This document shows, piece by piece, positions 59,985 through 64,000 of a DNA stretch of 64,000 nt (the stretch's first letter is position 1; every line of letters begins with the position of its first letter). The position numbers and the translations under genes were made by a program. The notes below the pieces were generated by a model. The model did no database searches. It had not been told where the DNA came from and saw only the letters and a program-made list of their open reading frames with translations. The DNA is taken from NCBI GenBank assembly GCA_036172245.1, contig JAYWIR010000001.1:8308001-8372000 (forward strand), written 5' to 3'. Source of the stretch: Raillietiella orientalis. Its lineage: Eukaryota.

Positions 59985-60665
59985 GGATGACGGCGCGCGA
60001 GGAGCTCATGGCGACGCAAATCGCCGCACCGCACACCCACGTGCCCACCGCATCCGACGGAAGCGCCGCCGACACGGCGGTGGCGGGGAAAAATGGCAGC
60101 AACAATGGCAGCGCCACCCGTGCTGCTCACGGCGCCTGCGTAGGAGGGACTGCGCCGCCGTGGGATGGTGGGCATTGTTAATGACGCCCTCGCTGACGAA
60201 ACCGATCGCGGAAACGTCCTCATCGCCAACAATGGAATGGAAAGCGGCAGTCGCATTAGCGACAGCGGCGCGGCAATCGTAATATGAATAGCATTGCTAA
60301 TGACGATGAAAGAAGCAAAACCCTTAATACTATACTAACGTGGGGAGGGTCTGCCTCTTCACAACCGGAGGGGAACCGGAATACTATGGGCGGTAGCATG
60401 GAAAGGAGTGGTCGCATTACCATAAGTAGTGTTAATAGTAATGGTTTCGATTTCAAGATTACTAGCAATGGTTACAGGGTATTATTAGTATTGCTAGTAA
60501 TAATATTGGCTGGCAATAGTAACATCGGTGCGAAAAGTGGCTCAGGTGAGTAGTAACAAGAGCAGTAGCCCTATGGCAATGTCATCGCTGCTGTCGTCGC
60601 TAGAAGTAGAGGTGACGATAGTAATGGTTAAAGGACGTCCACCCGCATTGGTGATAGCGGCCGTG
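59985..60665. repeat. Eroded (AAT/AGT/TAT)-like trinucleotide tract
   Basis: Core AATAGTAATGG, TATTATTAGTATTGCTAGTAATAATATT; the same period continues in GC-richer form at both edges. Confidence 0.6.
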
Positions 60666-63600
60666 GGCGGGGCGGTTACCACGCAAGCTCTCCCACAGGC
60701 AGGTCGGAGGCGGCAAGGGGTGCGGCGTGGGGGAGTCTTGGAGGCGTGGACTTGCCCCGCCCCCACAGGGCATCCGCGGTAGGGACCCCGCAGCTGTGCA
60801 CGTGGCTTCTTGGAAACGGCCGCTGCTGGCAGATCTCGGTGCCGTCCGCGCGCGTGCCATCCGGGTCGTGCCCTGCCCCGAGGCAGACCGGCTCGCGCGC
60901 TTTCCCTCTCCCGACGCCATCCGCCGCTCTCGCGGGGCGATTCCCAGTGGATCATCCTTGCGCACGGAGCTTTCCCTCCCTCTCTCCCCTCAGGCGGGGA
61001 GGGAGGGGGCAGCGTCTTCGGTGCCTGTCGCCCCGCGCATCAACTCATCCCCCTCTCCCCGTTCACCACCCTCGGCTGCTGCCACCGCTGCTTGCGCTTT
61101 CCCCGACTGACACGAGAAACCTGTGAGGGAGGCGGCGAGGGGCAGGATCGCGCCAGCCGCGCTGCCAGTCGTCCACCCATAACCACTGCGACGGGGGGGG
61201 AGGGGGGCAGTAGGACGCGTCCGCGGGCACCGCCCGGAGCGGCACGCTCTTCGGCTACTGCCGGAGCGTGCCGCTCCGGTAGAGCCTGCGGACCCGGTTC
61301 GAGATCGACTTCCTCAAGGTGGGAAGAGGACCATTGCCGTGCAACGAACGGTCTTTCCTTTCCTCTCTGCGAGCGGTCCAAGCTGAGCATCCGAACTGTC
61401 TGAGGAAGAGCAGCATCAGCAGTCGCGGAAGCAGAAAAGGGGCGTCCCCTGCTCCACCGCCCTGTAGGGACTTTGTAGAGAATCCATCTTTGATCCGAGG
61501 GCTGCGGGGGTGTTTTCTCCCTTCAGATCTCTCCTTCACCCGCCCGATCTCTCCTTCTCCCTTGTGGACCGGCTGACTCCCCGCCCCGTTCCGCGGAGGT
61601 CGGAGATGCTTCCCGACTGACGCGAGAATCGCGCATGTCCGTCGCCAGTGACGACGAGGAGAGGAAGATCCCTTCCGCGTCCCAACGTCCGGCTTCCCTG
61701 GTCAGTTCCCCTCCCTCCCCCGCCAGTCCGTGGTGCTCTGTGACCCCTCGCCGCCGCATTCGACCTCGCTTCCCCGACAGGCTGTCCGGTGACAAGACGG
61801 GTGCACCCCACAAGCGACCCCACATCCCTGGGGGATGTAGGGTCGCAGCGCGAGGTCCCTCCAAATCCCCAGTGGCACTCCTGAGGAATGCCCCCTGTCC
61901 AGGACCTGAAATGGGCGCGCGCGTGCTCTGAACGGATGTGGCCCGACCGTTATCGTTTTCCCTCCGCCTTCGAGCCATGGCAACCTTCATTTTGCTCTGA
62001 AAGGTAGCGCGGGGGAGGGGAGGAGACGAAGGGGAGAACTTTAAGGGAGCAAGTGGCTGTCCGTCCTTGCTTTCGAGAACCCCCCAATTCCTTTCCTCCT
62101 TGATTACGTGCGGCTTTCCCCGGTTCCCGGACCTCGAAGCACCTGCGTCAGCACCTCCCGAAGGACGTTCCCGAAAGCTCCGTCCTTTGGGGAAAAGGGA
62201 GCGGAAGGTGGGGAAAAGGAGGAAAAGCAGGGAGGTCATACGTCAACGAGCGGAAAACCCTCTCGCATATGCAACGTCATCTCACCGGTGCCGCCGCCCC
62301 GAGTGGCGCAGATTGCGCGCGCGCGCGCGACGGAGCTGGCGATGACCTCAGCATCAGCGACGACATTCTTCAGCAACGATATTGCCCGTGCTTGCGCACT
62401 GGCAATATCGTAGCCGACGAAGGCGACTGAGGCGCCATTATTGCTACTTGCAACAGTGGCCCCTGTGAGTGGCGGGAATTCACTGGCGTGCCTCCCCCCC
62501 CCCCGTAGCTTCCATCGGCACCCATGCAGGCACATCCCCTGTCTCTCTTCCCTCCTCTCCCGCCGCGCGGCACGTGGGACGTTTCCGAGATGGCCGTTCC
62601 ACTTCCAGGATGCCAGGAAAAACTGTCGCTCGGGTGGGCACTGGAGAGGAGACTTCCTCCCCACCACCACCACCTTCTTCCCCGAAGAGATGGTGGCCTT
62701 CCATTGGAGGACGGAGTGACTTGCCTCTGGATCCGACGGCTTCTCCCGAGATCGCTCCTCACACTCCTGGCTGCCGCACTGCGAACCCGCCGGCGGGAGG
62801 TCCTTGGGGTCTTCAGGGAAAGCGACACGGCGATCTCCTCCAAAGTGCTGACCGGACATGGCGGACGTCGACGTGCCGGCCTTTAGCAGTGCCTGCTTCA
62901 ACCGCTGACTGGGATGCTCCCGGACGCGCTCCTCCCTCTCTAGGAAGAGGGCCGGGAAGATTCAGAACCGGCGCCCCCAGGCGCTTCCATCGGAGCCCCG
63001 GGGGGCGCGGTCATGTGCTCCGCTTGCTGCTCCCTCCTCGACCCGTCTCCCACACGCCCTCCCGGAAGCCCCTGCGTCCAGCTGCTTCGCCCGGATGGGG
63101 AGAAAACGACCACCGAGAGGACGCGTGCGAGCCGGCTGCCCGGTCGAGGGGGAGACCCGAGAGCCGTGGGAGCGCAGCGGCGGCGTTGGAGGTCGCGCCA
63201 GTCCCCGCGGAGGAGGAAAGGACGCGGAAGATGGATGGAACCGCTCCTCCGCCGGCGAGGGGTTGCTGGGGAGAGTGATCACGGGTTTTCCCTCGAGCGA
63301 CGGAGCACCTGGAGGACCGTGGTTTCCTCGGAAATGGGAGGGAAAGATTGAGAGGGAAACGGCGTGCACCAACGGGCGGAGGGCGAAGCGGAGGACGGCC
63401 AGGGACAGTGGAGGATCTCTCAGTCGTCTGCCATGCCCCTAGGCATGGATGAAGCTCGGGGAGGGACGAAGGAAAGGAAAGGAGGGGGGGAGCAGGATTT
63501 CCGGCGGCCTGTTCCCGCTCCCTTTTTCCAGGAGACGACTGGTCTCCTGCCCGCCACGGGAGCAGAGGAGCGTCCTATCCCTGCAGGCGCCTCGCAGGGC

Positions 63601-64000
63601 GCGGCTCCCTCCCCCCGTGGTCTTCAATGGATCCTTCAATCCATCCTTACCCGGAGCCGGTCCGTCGCTCCGACCTGCGGCGCCACTCTGCGTGTCTCGG
63701 GATGTAGCTGCGGGAGCCAAGGAGCGTCGGAGCGCGAGCGCGGAAAGTCATCGATCCCCCCCTCCCGCGGACGCCTGCTGTCCACACGGCCGGGTGCGAA
63801 CCGACCCGCCACCTCGTGACCTCCCTCGGAGATGGATAGAAGCGTCTCTGGCCCCGGACGATCTCCGGATCTCTCCCAGAAGCTGTCTGGGAAAAAGGCG
63901 AGAGGAGGGCCAGCGGACGAACGTTGGAGGTTGAACCGCTCTCCGGGAGAGTCCTCGGTAGAACGCAAGGGCCCCATCCTTCCCAGCACGACGCGTACCC

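Noticed and set aside
60284..60552. Plus-strand ORF ending at a perfect CAG|GTGAGT donor
   Set aside because: It lies inside an eroded trinucleotide tract, has N/S/I-rich composition typical of such repeats, and has no promoter or downstream exon evidence.
62540..62900. Possible LINE ORF1/gag zinc-knuckle relic (..WKWNGHLGNVP)
   Set aside because: Cysteines are absent and the resemblance is too weak.
1..64000. Hundreds of 60-430 aa ORFs in the six-frame track (e.g. 9956..10999, 21180..22340, 26206..27339, 57190..58485)
   Set aside because: They overlap in all frames, are R/G/P/S-rich low complexity, and show no recognisable intact domains. This is expected from GC-rich non-coding DNA.

Overview
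This is eukaryotic DNA, most likely from an arthropod. It is GC-rich (about 60% by eye), shows no obvious CpG depletion, and is almost entirely non-coding. The hundreds of overlapping ORFs in the track are low-complexity artefacts. The one convincing host coding piece is a 26-codon first exon on the minus strand (693-616, MLTDLGLGNRPDLYNAGTGLLEKSIS, followed by a GTGAGT donor). From memory it resembles the N-terminus of arthropod Alan shepard (shep, RBMS family). It has a trinucleotide-rich 5' UTR and a compact promoter with CRE, CCAAT and kB motifs. The remaining ~62 kb looks like that gene's upstream regulatory domain. It contains many decayed retroelements: L1/Tx1-type LINE relics, RNase H-type LINE ends, a Ty3/gypsy pol relic and tRNA-derived SINEs. 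It also contains a palindromic MITE, a 1.4-kb AT-rich foldback element, a 19/76-bp higher-order minisatellite, eroded trinucleotide tracts, and short AT-rich motif islands that look like conserved enhancers. I did not find a self-contained novel gene system. The most interesting signals are a ~99% identical 825-bp tract shared by two otherwise ancient LINE relics (possible ectopic gene conversion), a phase-compatible candidate distal first exon 32 kb upstream, an apparent excess of YY1/Pho motifs, the foldback element, and a SINE with two B-boxes. All family assignments come from motif recognition by eye and need database confirmation.
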